Source: Alphaproteobacteria bacterium UBA4588
GTDB taxonomy: Bacteria > Pseudomonadota > Alphaproteobacteria > Rhodobacterales > Rhodobacteraceae
Length of the DNA: 64,000 nucleotides
Assembly (NCBI GenBank): GCA_905182195.1
Contig: CAJJAW010000001.1
Coordinates: forward strand, 192,254 to 256,253
Direction of reading: 5' to 3'
The position numbers were made by a program, and so were the translations under genes. The notes under the pieces were generated by a model. The model was not told where the DNA came from. It saw only the letters and a program-made list of their open reading frames with translations, and did not search any database. This document shows, piece by piece, positions 11,112 through 19,452 of the stretch (positions are counted from its first letter, which is position 1; every line of letters begins with the position of its first letter).

Positions 11112-12331
11112 ATCACGCGTTTTTTTATCATTACCAGCGAAAGTAACGCGGTTCCCGCCAAAAGTAAGAAGGGCACCATAGCATAGTTAACGGCTGCCCA
11201 GCCTTGGACCACAGATCCGCCCGTGCAATTCATCAATCCGCCTGATGCGATTGATGCAATGGTCACACAGCCAAACACTATGGCGTCATTCATACCCTGA
11301 ACGCGCCCGCGTTCATATGAGGTATGGGCGCCTGTCAGTAGGGTGGTGGCGCCAATAAAACCAAAATTCCAACCAAGGCCCAGCAAAATAAGTGCGAGGA
11401 AGAAATTAGTGATTTCCATACCACTGAGGGCGACAAGGCCTGCAGCCGCCAAAATGATCAGGCCAAGCCCCATGATACGTTCTACCCCAAACCTGTTTAT
11501 CAGATGACCAGTGAAGAAGGAGGGTAAAAACATGGCGATCACATGAGCTGAGACAATATCATTGGCGTTGTTTTTTGTTAGGCCACAGCCCACCACAGCA
11601 AGTGGGGTGGAGGTCATAACTAGGTTCATCAGCGCATACGCCACCATGCCACATGAAATGGCGACCAAAATACGTGGATCACCCAGGAGCTCTTTACGAC
11701 TGCGTGGCGACACAGTGGCCTCAACTCTAGGCTCATGGGCGGTGCCGTTGGGGAGGCGAAGCAGAAAGAACAGGAACATACCAACCAAATTAAGCCCAAT
11801 TATTGCAATATAACTTCCCAAAAATGGGATAACTGAGGCATCCTGAACAAATTTGTTGAGTTGTGGCCCAAAGACGGCTGATATCAATCCGCCGGCCATA
11901 ACGTAAGAAATAGCCTTAGGGCGGAAATTATCAGATGCCGTGTCCGTGGCGGCAAACCTGTAAAAACCCTGCGCAGACATGTATATGCCAGAGAAATAGG
12001 CACCTATCAAAAAAATTGAGAACGAGGCAACATATAGGCCGTATGCAGATATGGAAGCCCCCACGGCTCCAGCAATAGCCCCCACAAAAAACCCAGTTTT
12101 GCGGCCGTATTTCTGCATTAAGGGAGACAGCCACGGCGCAGTTGTCATCGACCCAAAAACGATCAGTGAGATGGGCAGGGTCGCAAAGCAAGGGTTGCCG
12201 GTCAGCATTCCACCTGCCAATCCCCCAACGATGAACATAATTGGCATTTGCCCACCTAAAATAGCTTGAGCTACGACCAAAACCGCTACGTTGTGTTTGG
12301 CCTGACTGTCGTTTGGTGAGACTAATGACAT
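11108..12331 (-). CDS. MFS transporter
   Basis: 407 aa, about 12 hydrophobic segments, and a loop KYGRKTGF resembling the MFS motif A region. Confidence 0.8.
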   Translation of the reverse strand: MSLVSPNDSQAKHNVAVLVVAQAILGGQMPIMFIVGGLAGGMLTGNPCFATLPISLIVFGSMTTAPWLSPLMQKYGRKTGFFVGAIAGAVGASISAYGLYVASFSIFLIGAYFSGIYMSAQGFYRFAATDTASDNFRPKAISYVMAGGLISAVFGPQLNKFVQDASVIPFLGSYIAIIGLNLVGMFLFFLLRLPNGTAHEPRVEATVSPRSRKELLGDPRILVAISCGMVAYALMNLVMTSTPLAVVGCGLTKNNANDIVSAHVIAMFLPSFFTGHLINRFGVERIMGLGLIILAAAGLVALSGMEITNFFLALILLGLGWNFGFIGATTLLTGAHTSYERGRVQGMNDAIVFGCVTIASIASGGLMNCTGGSVVQGWAAVNYAMVPFLLLAGTALLSLVMIKKRVI

Positions 12332-12354
12332 TAGTTGTGGTTCCTGGATGGGCG

Positions 12355-13620
12355 TTAATGCCCCGTAATGATATGGGCGAAAGAACCGTAGGTTTGTCCT
12401 ATATGCAAGCCCATATTTCCAAGCGCCTCGTCATCCGCGTTTTCTGCTTTAAAGAGCGGCGGTCCGTTAGCGCTCAGAGTAGTTGCGTAATGAAACTCAT
12501 GCGCGCGCAGCGATCCATTGAAATGACCGGTTAGTGGGGTGAGGGTACGGTAGCCAAGATGCAGTTTTCGCTTTTGAAAACTAGTCTCCAATGGTAATAA
12601 ACCCATCATTTTATGGCGGGTTCCATGGGTATCGATCAAACCTTGCCCCAAAATCATATAGCCGCCGCATTCCCCGTAAATTGGCGTACCAACCGCGGCA
12701 TGTTGTAGTATTGAGGCCGTGAAGGTTTCAGCTGCAGCTAATTTAGCCATATGCAATTCCGGGTAACCCCCGGGCAGGTATATGTATTCAGCATTTATTT
12801 CAACAGGTTCATCGGCCAAAGGTGAAAAGAAAGATAGCTGTGCGCCAGATTCCTTCCAGGCTTGTAGCTGGTGTGGGTAGCTGAACTCGAATGCTACGTC
12901 ACGCGCTATGGAGATGCGCTGTGCTGGTGGTATCTGCATAAATTTTTCTGCGGTAGTAGCTGGGGCGCTCAACGCAACAAGTGCCTCTAAATCAAGACTA
13001 GGTGCTAGGGCGTCTGCAATTATGTTAATCCAATCATCTAATTTTTTGGTTTCGCTAGCTTGTATCAATCCTAAGTGACGCTCGGGCAGAGCAAATGTTG
13101 TAGATCTAAATAGATGCCCAAAAACTGGAACTCCAGTAGAAGCTAAAGCAGATTTCAGCATATGGAGATGCCGCGGGCTTCCTACACGATTTAGAATGAC
13201 ACCAGCAATATTGATCCTAGGATTAAATTGTGAAAAGCCCTGAACTATAGCTGCAATAGAATGAGCTGTTTTTGCAGCATCAATAACCAGTATAATCGGT
13301 AGAGTTAAAGTTTCAGCTAAATCCCCCGCGGATCCGCGTCCATCGAAGCCTGCCCCATCAAACAGTCCCATTGCTCCCTCGATAATCAAATTTCCTGATC
13401 CAGCCAAACTTTTGACTTGAGTACTGGTCATCGCCCAGGCATCAATATTAAGCGAAGATTGACCTGCTGCCATCTCATGAAACCGAGGGTCAATATAATC
13501 TGGTCCAGATTTTGCGGGCTGGAAGCTAATGCCTTCGCGCTGAAATATGCGCATAAGCGCCAAAGTTAGAGTTGTTTTTCCCGCACCGGAACTAGGGGCG
13601 GCAATCATAAAGCGTGTCAT
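12355..13620 (-). CDS. cobB: cobyrinate (hydrogenobyrinate) a,c-diamide synthase
   Basis: N-terminal P-loop APSSGAGKTT and a C-terminal glutamine amidotransferase domain GECGGYMILG. 4-nt overlap with cobA. Confidence 0.9.
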   Translation of the reverse strand: MTRFMIAAPSSGAGKTTLTLALMRIFQREGISFQPAKSGPDYIDPRFHEMAAGQSSLNIDAWAMTSTQVKSLAGSGNLIIEGAMGLFDGAGFDGRGSAGDLAETLTLPIILVIDAAKTAHSIAAIVQGFSQFNPRINIAGVILNRVGSPRHLHMLKSALASTGVPVFGHLFRSTTFALPERHLGLIQASETKKLDDWINIIADALAPSLDLEALVALSAPATTAEKFMQIPPAQRISIARDVAFEFSYPHQLQAWKESGAQLSFFSPLADEPVEINAEYIYLPGGYPELHMAKLAAAETFTASILQHAAVGTPIYGECGGYMILGQGLIDTHGTRHKMMGLLPLETSFQKRKLHLGYRTLTPLTGHFNGSLRAHEFHYATTLSANGPPLFKAENADDEALGNMGLHIGQTYGSFAHIITGH

Positions 13621-14468
13621 GCGCTCTCAGCTGGGCGACCACGGCCGAGAGGGTCAAGGTTTCGCGGAGAGAGCCCTGCTTCCATGGACTGCCAGTCCAA
13701 CACTTGCCGCATTAAAACTGAGCGTCCGATACAAATAATGGCAGGCGGCTCAACCCCTTCAGCCTTAGCATCTGTCACAGCGCTCCCAAGCGTGCTTTCC
13801 ACAACCTTTTGGTTCTCTAATGTTGCAGACGTCACAAACGCCAGCGGCTCAGAGCTACTGCGTCCGGCTGCCATTAAGCTTTCTGTAATATGCGAAATAT
13901 GTTTCATGCCCATATAAATAACGATTACCTGGCTGCCGCGGGCTATGCCCTCCCAATCAAGAGATCCAGGAGTTGTCCCAGATTGATCATGACCTGTGAC
14001 AAAGGTGACAGATTGATTTACGTCGCGATGCGTTACCGGGATGCCAGCATATGCGAGGCCGCCGATACCGGCTGAAATACCTGGAATGATGCGCACAGGA
14101 ATGCCATGCTGCACTAATGTTTGCGCTTCTTCACCACCACGGCCAAATACGAATGGATCACCACCTTTTAGCCGCAATACTCGTTTTCCTTTACGAGCTA
14201 ATTCAATCAAATGTAGCGAGATGTCACGTTGTTTGGCTGATGGTTTACCACCGCGTTTTCCAGCATAAATCAACTCAGCGCCGCCCGCCCATTCCAAAAT
14301 ATCCGACCCGACTAAGGCATCATATACCACTACATCAGCTTGCTGCAGTGCGTTTAAAGCATGCAGAGTTAATAAGCCAGGATCGCCTGGACCTGCTCCG
14401 CAAAGCCAAACCCAGCCTGGTTGCAACTCGGGCCAGCTTTTTGGTGGAAGTGTGGGTGAATCGGTCAT
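13617..14468 (-). CDS. cobA: uroporphyrinogen-III C-methyltransferase (SUMT)
   Basis: VWLCGAGPGDPGLLTL..., VVYDALV and RLKGGDPFVFGRGGEE motifs. Start at MTDSP (ATG 14468). Confidence 0.9.
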   Translation of the reverse strand: MTDSPTLPPKSWPELQPGWVWLCGAGPGDPGLLTLHALNALQQADVVVYDALVGSDILEWAGGAELIYAGKRGGKPSAKQRDISLHLIELARKGKRVLRLKGGDPFVFGRGGEEAQTLVQHGIPVRIIPGISAGIGGLAYAGIPVTHRDVNQSVTFVTGHDQSGTTPGSLDWEGIARGSQVIVIYMGMKHISHITESLMAAGRSSSEPLAFVTSATLENQKVVESTLGSAVTDAKAEGVEPPAIICIGRSVLMRQVLDWQSMEAGLSPRNLDPLGRGRPAESA

Positions 14469-14565
14469 ACCAAACCTTATGACTAAAAACTCTGTATTTA
14501 AATAGAGTGCAAGCGACCTACGCTTTGTTATTGGCGGCAAGGAATGCATTGTTATAATAGGAGGC

Positions 14566-15607
14566 ATGGAAGTAAGCAAACTCCCCTCTCTGCGCCGTGG
14601 TTGGACAACTGGCGCCTGCGCTACAGCTGCGGTGCGCGCGGCTTTGACCCAGCTATGGGGGGGCTTACAGCTTGACCAGGTTCAGATTACTCTGCCGAAG
14701 GGTGAGCAACCAATTTTTCAGATAGCGCATCGTGATTCCCGAAACGGCTGGGTTGAAATTGGCATCACTAAAGATGCGGGAGATGATCCCGACGTAACCC
14801 ACGGTGCTTTGATAATTGCGCGGGTCTCAACATCGGATTCTGGAATAAATTTTCATGCTGGCGAAGGGGTAGGCACCATAACCAAAGCGGGTCTTCCTAT
14901 AGCGGTTGGTGAGGCTGCAATAAACCCAGTGCCGCGTAAGATGATGACGGCGCAGATTGAAGAATTGGCAAATTTATATAGTTGTTTTGAGAATAGATAT
15001 CACTATCATTATTCCTGGGGGGGCTGCGGTTGCTCTAAAGACGTGGAACCCAAGGCTTGGGATCGTGGGGGGGCTGTCAGTTTTGGGGACTACAGGCATA
15101 GTACGACCATTTTCCTGTGCAGCTTGGATTGCCTCGATACACCGAGGCATTGACGTGGCGTGTGCCGAGCGCACTCTGCACGTGGCTGGCTGCACCGGTG
15201 CTACATCAGAGCGAGCTGTCCAAGCGCTTCATGCCTTGCCAGATACAGCCATGCTGGATATGGGCGATTTTGCTGGTGGTTTGATGAAGTACTTGGGACG
15301 CCATCCCGTGCCCAGACTGACCGTTGGCGGTGGGATCGGCAAAATGACAAAACTTGCTCAAGGAAAGCGTGACTTACATTCTGGCCGCTCCCAAGTTAAT
15401 TTTCAACATTTGGCGGATGTAATGGGGCAGCCTAATCTTGCAAAAGCTAATACCGCCTTGGAGGCATATACCCTAGTTGGACCGGATTTGGCGCAATGGG
15501 TAGTTCAAAAAAGTTTGTTGAATTGCCAATCAATACTAAAGACCGATGAAATCGCAGTGGACTGCGTTGTGATCGATCGGGCTGGCCTGATTTTGGCACG
15601 CACATGA
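14566..15607 (+). pseudogene. cbiD: cobalt-precorrin-5B (C1)-methyltransferase CbiD, reading frame broken by an apparent 1-nt insertion (or a sequencing error)
   Basis: The N-terminal half is in ORF 14566..15153 (RRGWTTGACATAA...AINPVPRKMM). The C-terminal half is in ORF 14957..15607 in another frame (KTWNPRLGIVGGLSVLGTTGIVRPFSC...). The frames join if one base is removed near the TTTT run at 14985-14988. Confidence 0.8.
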
Positions 15608-16338
15608 CAATCCTCATTTTGGCTGGCACAGGCGAGGCCCGAAGTATCGCTCAATATTGCGCAGACCAAAACATCCATGCGCAGGCCAGCCTAGCGGGTG
15701 TAACTCGTCAGCCGAGTAGGCTGGCTGTTGAGACACGCCATGGTGGATTTGGTGGGGCTGATGGGTTCCGCGCATATCTAAAAACAAACAAAATAAGGGC
15801 AATTGTAGATGCCACGCACCCTTTTGCAAGTCACATCACCCGCCGTAGCTTTGAGGTTGCTCAAGAGATGAATTTGCCTCTCTTACGGTTTGATCGGCCG
15901 CAATGGGAGCCCAAGGTTGAAGATAATTGGATAATTCTAGAGGATGAAACTCACGCGGCACTGCATATAACACCGGGCTCCAACGTATTTCTGGCCACGG
16001 GGCGCCAAAGCTTGCCCAAATTTGCCAATCTTGCACATGCCCGCCTGATTTGCCGTCAAATTGACCCGCCGGACGCTGAATTTCCTTGGCCCAATGGACA
16101 ATTTCTAATCGGCCACCCGCCATTTTCTATTACCGACGAAGAGGACCTGTTTAGGCGACTGGGGGTGGATGTATTGGTGGTTAAAAATGCAGGCGGTACT
16201 GCTAGTCGTACCAAGCTCGATGCGGCTAGGATATTGGGGGTTTCAGTGTTGATGATAGCACGACCTGCACCTTGTGGTGCGCAGGCCGTTCAAAGCCTGC
16301 TGGAGGTTGAACAGTGGTTGGAGCAATGGCAATTGTAA
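15604..16338 (+). CDS. cobK: precorrin-6A / cobalt-precorrin-6A reductase
   Basis: MTILILAGTGEAR...GGFGGADGFRAYL...IRAIVDATHPFA is typical of CobK/CbiJ. 4-nt overlap with the cbiD end. Confidence 0.88.
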   Translation: MTILILAGTGEARSIAQYCADQNIHAQASLAGVTRQPSRLAVETRHGGFGGADGFRAYLKTNKIRAIVDATHPFASHITRRSFEVAQEMNLPLLRFDRPQWEPKVEDNWIILEDETHAALHITPGSNVFLATGRQSLPKFANLAHARLICRQIDPPDAEFPWPNGQFLIGHPPFSITDEEDLFRRLGVDVLVVKNAGGTASRTKLDAARILGVSVLMIARPAPCGAQAVQSLLEVEQWLEQWQL

Positions 16339-16948
16339 CCATCAAAAGCGTTGATGATATTGCGCAGGCAGTTAAGCGATTGAATATCAATGAATTTACC
16401 GAAATCATCAGATTTGCAGTCCAATTCCATTGCGGCAGAAACCTCAGGGGTTCGCCACATTATTTCAGGCTATTATCGGCCAGCAGGTCTCCGTGGTTTC
16501 AGCGTCGGCTATTTGGACCCAATTGGAACAGGCGTGTATCATGGAGCAAGCGTATGTGGCGCGTGCAGAGTCTGAAGATCTGGCGAGTTTGGGCCTGTCG
16601 CGCCCAAAAATTAGCTACGCTCATGCTCTATTACAAAGCGTGCTGGATTATGACGGCTTAGCGAGGCTTCAGGATGAGTCGGTGCTATCCGCTTTGACAC
16701 AGGTCACCGGGATTGGGTACTGGACGGCGGAAGTCTATGCTTTGCAAGCCCTTGGCCGTGCGGATGTGTTCCCCCATGGTGATCTGGCATTGCAGGAGGC
16801 CGCGCGTTTGGTCTTCCATTTATCAACCTAGCCCAATTAGAAAATGATGCGCGCTATCGCGCAGGATTGGGCGCCATGGAGAGCCGTTGCAGCGCGGCTA
16901 TTATGGGCCTATTACAAACGTCACAAATTGCGAGAGGTAATAGCATGA
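16326..16948 (+). pseudogene. HhH-GPD DNA glycosylase (AlkA / 3-methyladenine glycosylase II-like) with one frameshift and two in-frame TAG codons
   Basis: Start MAIVTIKSVDDIAQAVKRL...EIIRFA is in frame 0. The sequence continues as PIPLRQKPQGFATLFQAIIGQQVSV...GIGYWTAEVY...GDLALQEAARLVFHLST in frame 2. It then meets TAG (16829) and TAG (16838), followed by KMMRAIAQDWAPWRAVAARLLWAYYKRHK-stop at 16948. Confidence 0.8.
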
Positions 16949-17613
16949 CACGGGTTTTAAAATCAGTAAGTAGGCTGCCAGACAGTGGCGACGTGACTTC
17001 AGCGGTTATCTTTTTGCATGGTTATGGTGCAAACGGCGCTGACCTTTTAGGTTTGTCCGATGTTTTGGCAGAGCACATGCCCAACACGATGTTTCTTGCG
17101 CCCGATGCTTCAGAAAGCACAGCCATGTCACCGATGGGCCTGCAGTGGTTCCCGATTCCTTGGATTGATGGCTCATCAGAAGAAGATTCGGCCAATGGTC
17201 TGCGCTCGGCAGCACAGGATCTGGAATTCTACCTAGATGGAATAATGATAGATTATGATTTGCTGCCTGAGCAAGTGATATTATTTGGGTTTTCCCAAGG
17301 AACGATGATGGCGCTGCATGTGGCGCCGCGCCGCGAAGATCCGGTTGCAGGTGTTGTTGCTGTTTCGGGCCGATTGCTTGAGCCGGAATTGCTGGTGGAT
17401 GAGGTAACGGCATTTATGCCTATTTTGCTAGTGCATGGTGATGAGGATGATGTTGTGTCTATAGACGCTTTACCGCATGCGGCCGAAGGGTTGGAAGTGG
17501 CTGGGTTTAAAGAAGTGTATGCCCATGTCATGAAGGGAACGGCTCATGGCATCGGCCCAGATGGGATTCAAGTCGCGTTGGCCTTTATGCGCCAGCAGCT
17601 TGGAATGGAATAA
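16945..17613 (+). CDS. phospholipase/carboxylesterase family alpha/beta hydrolase
   Basis: VIFLHGYGANGADL, GFSQGTMMAL (nucleophile elbow GxSxG) and LVHGDEDDVV motifs. Start at MTRV (ATG 16945), overlapping the glycosylase stop (ATGA). Confidence 0.85.
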   Translation: MTRVLKSVSRLPDSGDVTSAVIFLHGYGANGADLLGLSDVLAEHMPNTMFLAPDASESTAMSPMGLQWFPIPWIDGSSEEDSANGLRSAAQDLEFYLDGIMIDYDLLPEQVILFGFSQGTMMALHVAPRREDPVAGVVAVSGRLLEPELLVDEVTAFMPILLVHGDEDDVVSIDALPHAAEGLEVAGFKEVYAHVMKGTAHGIGPDGIQVALAFMRQQLGME

Positions 17614-17752
17614 AACTGTCTGCGATTTCTAGATACAGGGCTTGTCTGATTTAATTCGCTATTTATAGTATACTCAATTGGCAAACTAGGTAATCTATTA
17701 AACCTCCAGTTTTATTATATTTGGAGTGTGGCGTGCGGCAGGGGCGACAGGC

Positions 17753-18337
17753 ATGAGTGAAAATTTTAGGACTGACTTCGTCAGGGACTTAGCTGTATTG
17801 AAGCAAAAGCCAGCACTGGTGTTGAACGCTGATTACCGGCCACTCTCATATTACCCTCTATCTCTGTGGAGTTGGCAGGACGCCGTGAAGGCGTCCTGGC
17901 TGGGTAGGGTCCAGATTGTGGCAGAATACGACGACATTGTCCGCTCACCGACCACTGAAATTCGTATCCCCTCGGTGGTGGTGCTCCGCGACTACGTAAG
18001 GCCGCAAAACACAGTTGCCTTTACTCGATTCAATCTATTTTTACGTGATGAATTTTCTTGTCAATACTGTGGAGGCTTGGGCGACTTGACCTTTGATCAT
18101 GTGGTACCACGTGCCCGTGGAGGGATCACCAGTTGGGAAAATGTGGTTGCAGCCTGCTCAAAGTGCAATCTTAAAAAAGGCTCCCGTAGCTTGAAACAAT
18201 CAGGAATGCATCTGCGTAAAGCCGTTAGCCAGCCAAGATCTGAAGATTTACGCAATCTTGGTCGAAAGTTTCCACCCAATCATCTGCATGCAAGCTGGAT
18301 TGACTTTCTTTATTGGGATGCAGAGCTTCAAGCTTAG
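17753..18337 (+). CDS. HNH endonuclease
   Basis: CQYCGG...DHVVPRARGG...WENVVAACSKCNLKKG is a canonical HNH/zinc motif. Start at MSENF is preferred over the GTG at 17726. Confidence 0.85.
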   Translation: MSENFRTDFVRDLAVLKQKPALVLNADYRPLSYYPLSLWSWQDAVKASWLGRVQIVAEYDDIVRSPTTEIRIPSVVVLRDYVRPQNTVAFTRFNLFLRDEFSCQYCGGLGDLTFDHVVPRARGGITSWENVVAACSKCNLKKGSRSLKQSGMHLRKAVSQPRSEDLRNLGRKFPPNHLHASWIDFLYWDAELQA

Positions 18338-19284
18338 GAGGAGCAGCTAGCCCCACCCATAACACAGAATTTTGAGCAATGCGGATGGTTAAGTGCAATG
18401 TCCTTTGCAGCCGATTTCAGACTGTGCCCTAATTCGAACTCAGGCGCGTAGGGCAAAAGTGTGCATGCCACAACAGTGGGCTTCTCTGCCCCTTTACGTT
18501 TCACAACCATGCGGGACGACGCACACATTAGGCTGTCAGGATTTTTTTTAAGAATTTTCCAACAAGAAGTTGTAATTTCTGGAACTTCTACTGTTTCATC
18601 AAGCTCGGGAAACAATACTGTCGAGCAATGGTTGAACGCATCAATGTCATAGCGCTGTTGTTCAAACAAAGTGCTGTAGCCGGAGCGGCTTTGTCTGTCA
18701 GTCTCTCCCCATACAGTGCGCCCTGCGACGGTCATTCGGATACCAGAATCGCGTAACCAATTCATGCCTTCAAGCGTTTTTTGAAAACTTCCGGCCCCAC
18801 GCTCGATCTCGTGGTTTATTTGATCGAAGTGGTCTAGGGAAATGCGCAGGGTCAATTTTTCAGGGTAGGCGGCGTTCAACTCCAACAAGCCCTGCCGCAT
18901 TTGTTTTCGCATCATTGGCGACATGGCGTTTGTAAGGATCAAAACCTCATAACCCGCTGCCAAACTTCTCTGGGCGATTTCTATCATAGCGGGGTTCATA
19001 AACGGTTCGCCGCCTGTAAATGCAATCTCTCGTATCTGCCACTTGTAAGTAATAAGTTGATCTAAGTAGTTGCTGACTTCATCTGCATTGATGTAAACCA
19101 AGGCATCATTTATCGGGCTGCTGTCGATATAGCAATTTACACACTTAATATTGCACAGCGTTCCGGTGTTAAACCATAATGTTTCTGGATGGGTAAACGC
19201 GACTTTGGCCCTTGCTGCACCTTCTGCGGTTAGGTGAGGGTCTTCAAATTTACCATTATTGGCAGTAATAATTTGATCATCCAT
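18334..19284 (-). CDS. radical SAM protein with a Cys-rich C-terminal domain (ArsS/DUF3641-like architecture)
   Basis: CNIKCVNC (CxxxCxxC) cluster motif, GGEPF, and a C-terminal HPHCSKFCVMGGASCSS. Its stop overlaps the HNH gene stop (convergent). Confidence 0.75.
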   Translation of the reverse strand: MDDQIITANNGKFEDPHLTAEGAARAKVAFTHPETLWFNTGTLCNIKCVNCYIDSSPINDALVYINADEVSNYLDQLITYKWQIREIAFTGGEPFMNPAMIEIAQRSLAAGYEVLILTNAMSPMMRKQMRQGLLELNAAYPEKLTLRISLDHFDQINHEIERGAGSFQKTLEGMNWLRDSGIRMTVAGRTVWGETDRQSRSGYSTLFEQQRYDIDAFNHCSTVLFPELDETVEVPEITTSCWKILKKNPDSLMCASSRMVVKRKGAEKPTVVACTLLPYAPEFELGHSLKSAAKDIALNHPHCSKFCVMGGASCSS

Positions 19285-19452
19285 AAATAACTCGTTTCAA
19301 TTTGGTTAAGTGTCAGTTCATACATCATGGCTCCCTAATAAAAAAGTCCTTGTTAAAGGTGCAGACAGGCTAGTGATGGCATCCTATAAGGTAGACATGG
19401 TAATCTTGCCGATATAGGTTTCGTTAGCGCAAACATTCTAAAGGATCCTCTG

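Noticed and set aside
14469-14565. Possible cobalamin riboswitch between divergent cobA and cbiD
   Set aside because: The spacer is under 100 nt, too short for the aptamer of about 200 nt, and I could not find a B12-box-like element.
16829-16840. The two in-frame TAG codons as recoding (pyrrolysine or programmed readthrough), prompted by the corrinoid-activase-like gene elsewhere in the window
   Set aside because: TAG is used as an ordinary stop by several intact genes here (HNH, guaB, recA and the phytoene-synthase-like gene). No pyl genes are seen. The same gene also has a frameshift, so a pseudogene is the simpler reading.
17753-19284. HNH endonuclease plus radical SAM as a defence or modification system
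   Set aside because: No methyltransferase, helicase, ATPase or other defence-associated partner is present. The genes are convergent, so they are not an operon. The same kind of 4-nt convergent stop overlap also occurs at 11108-11111 between unrelated genes. It is kept only as a low-interest finding.
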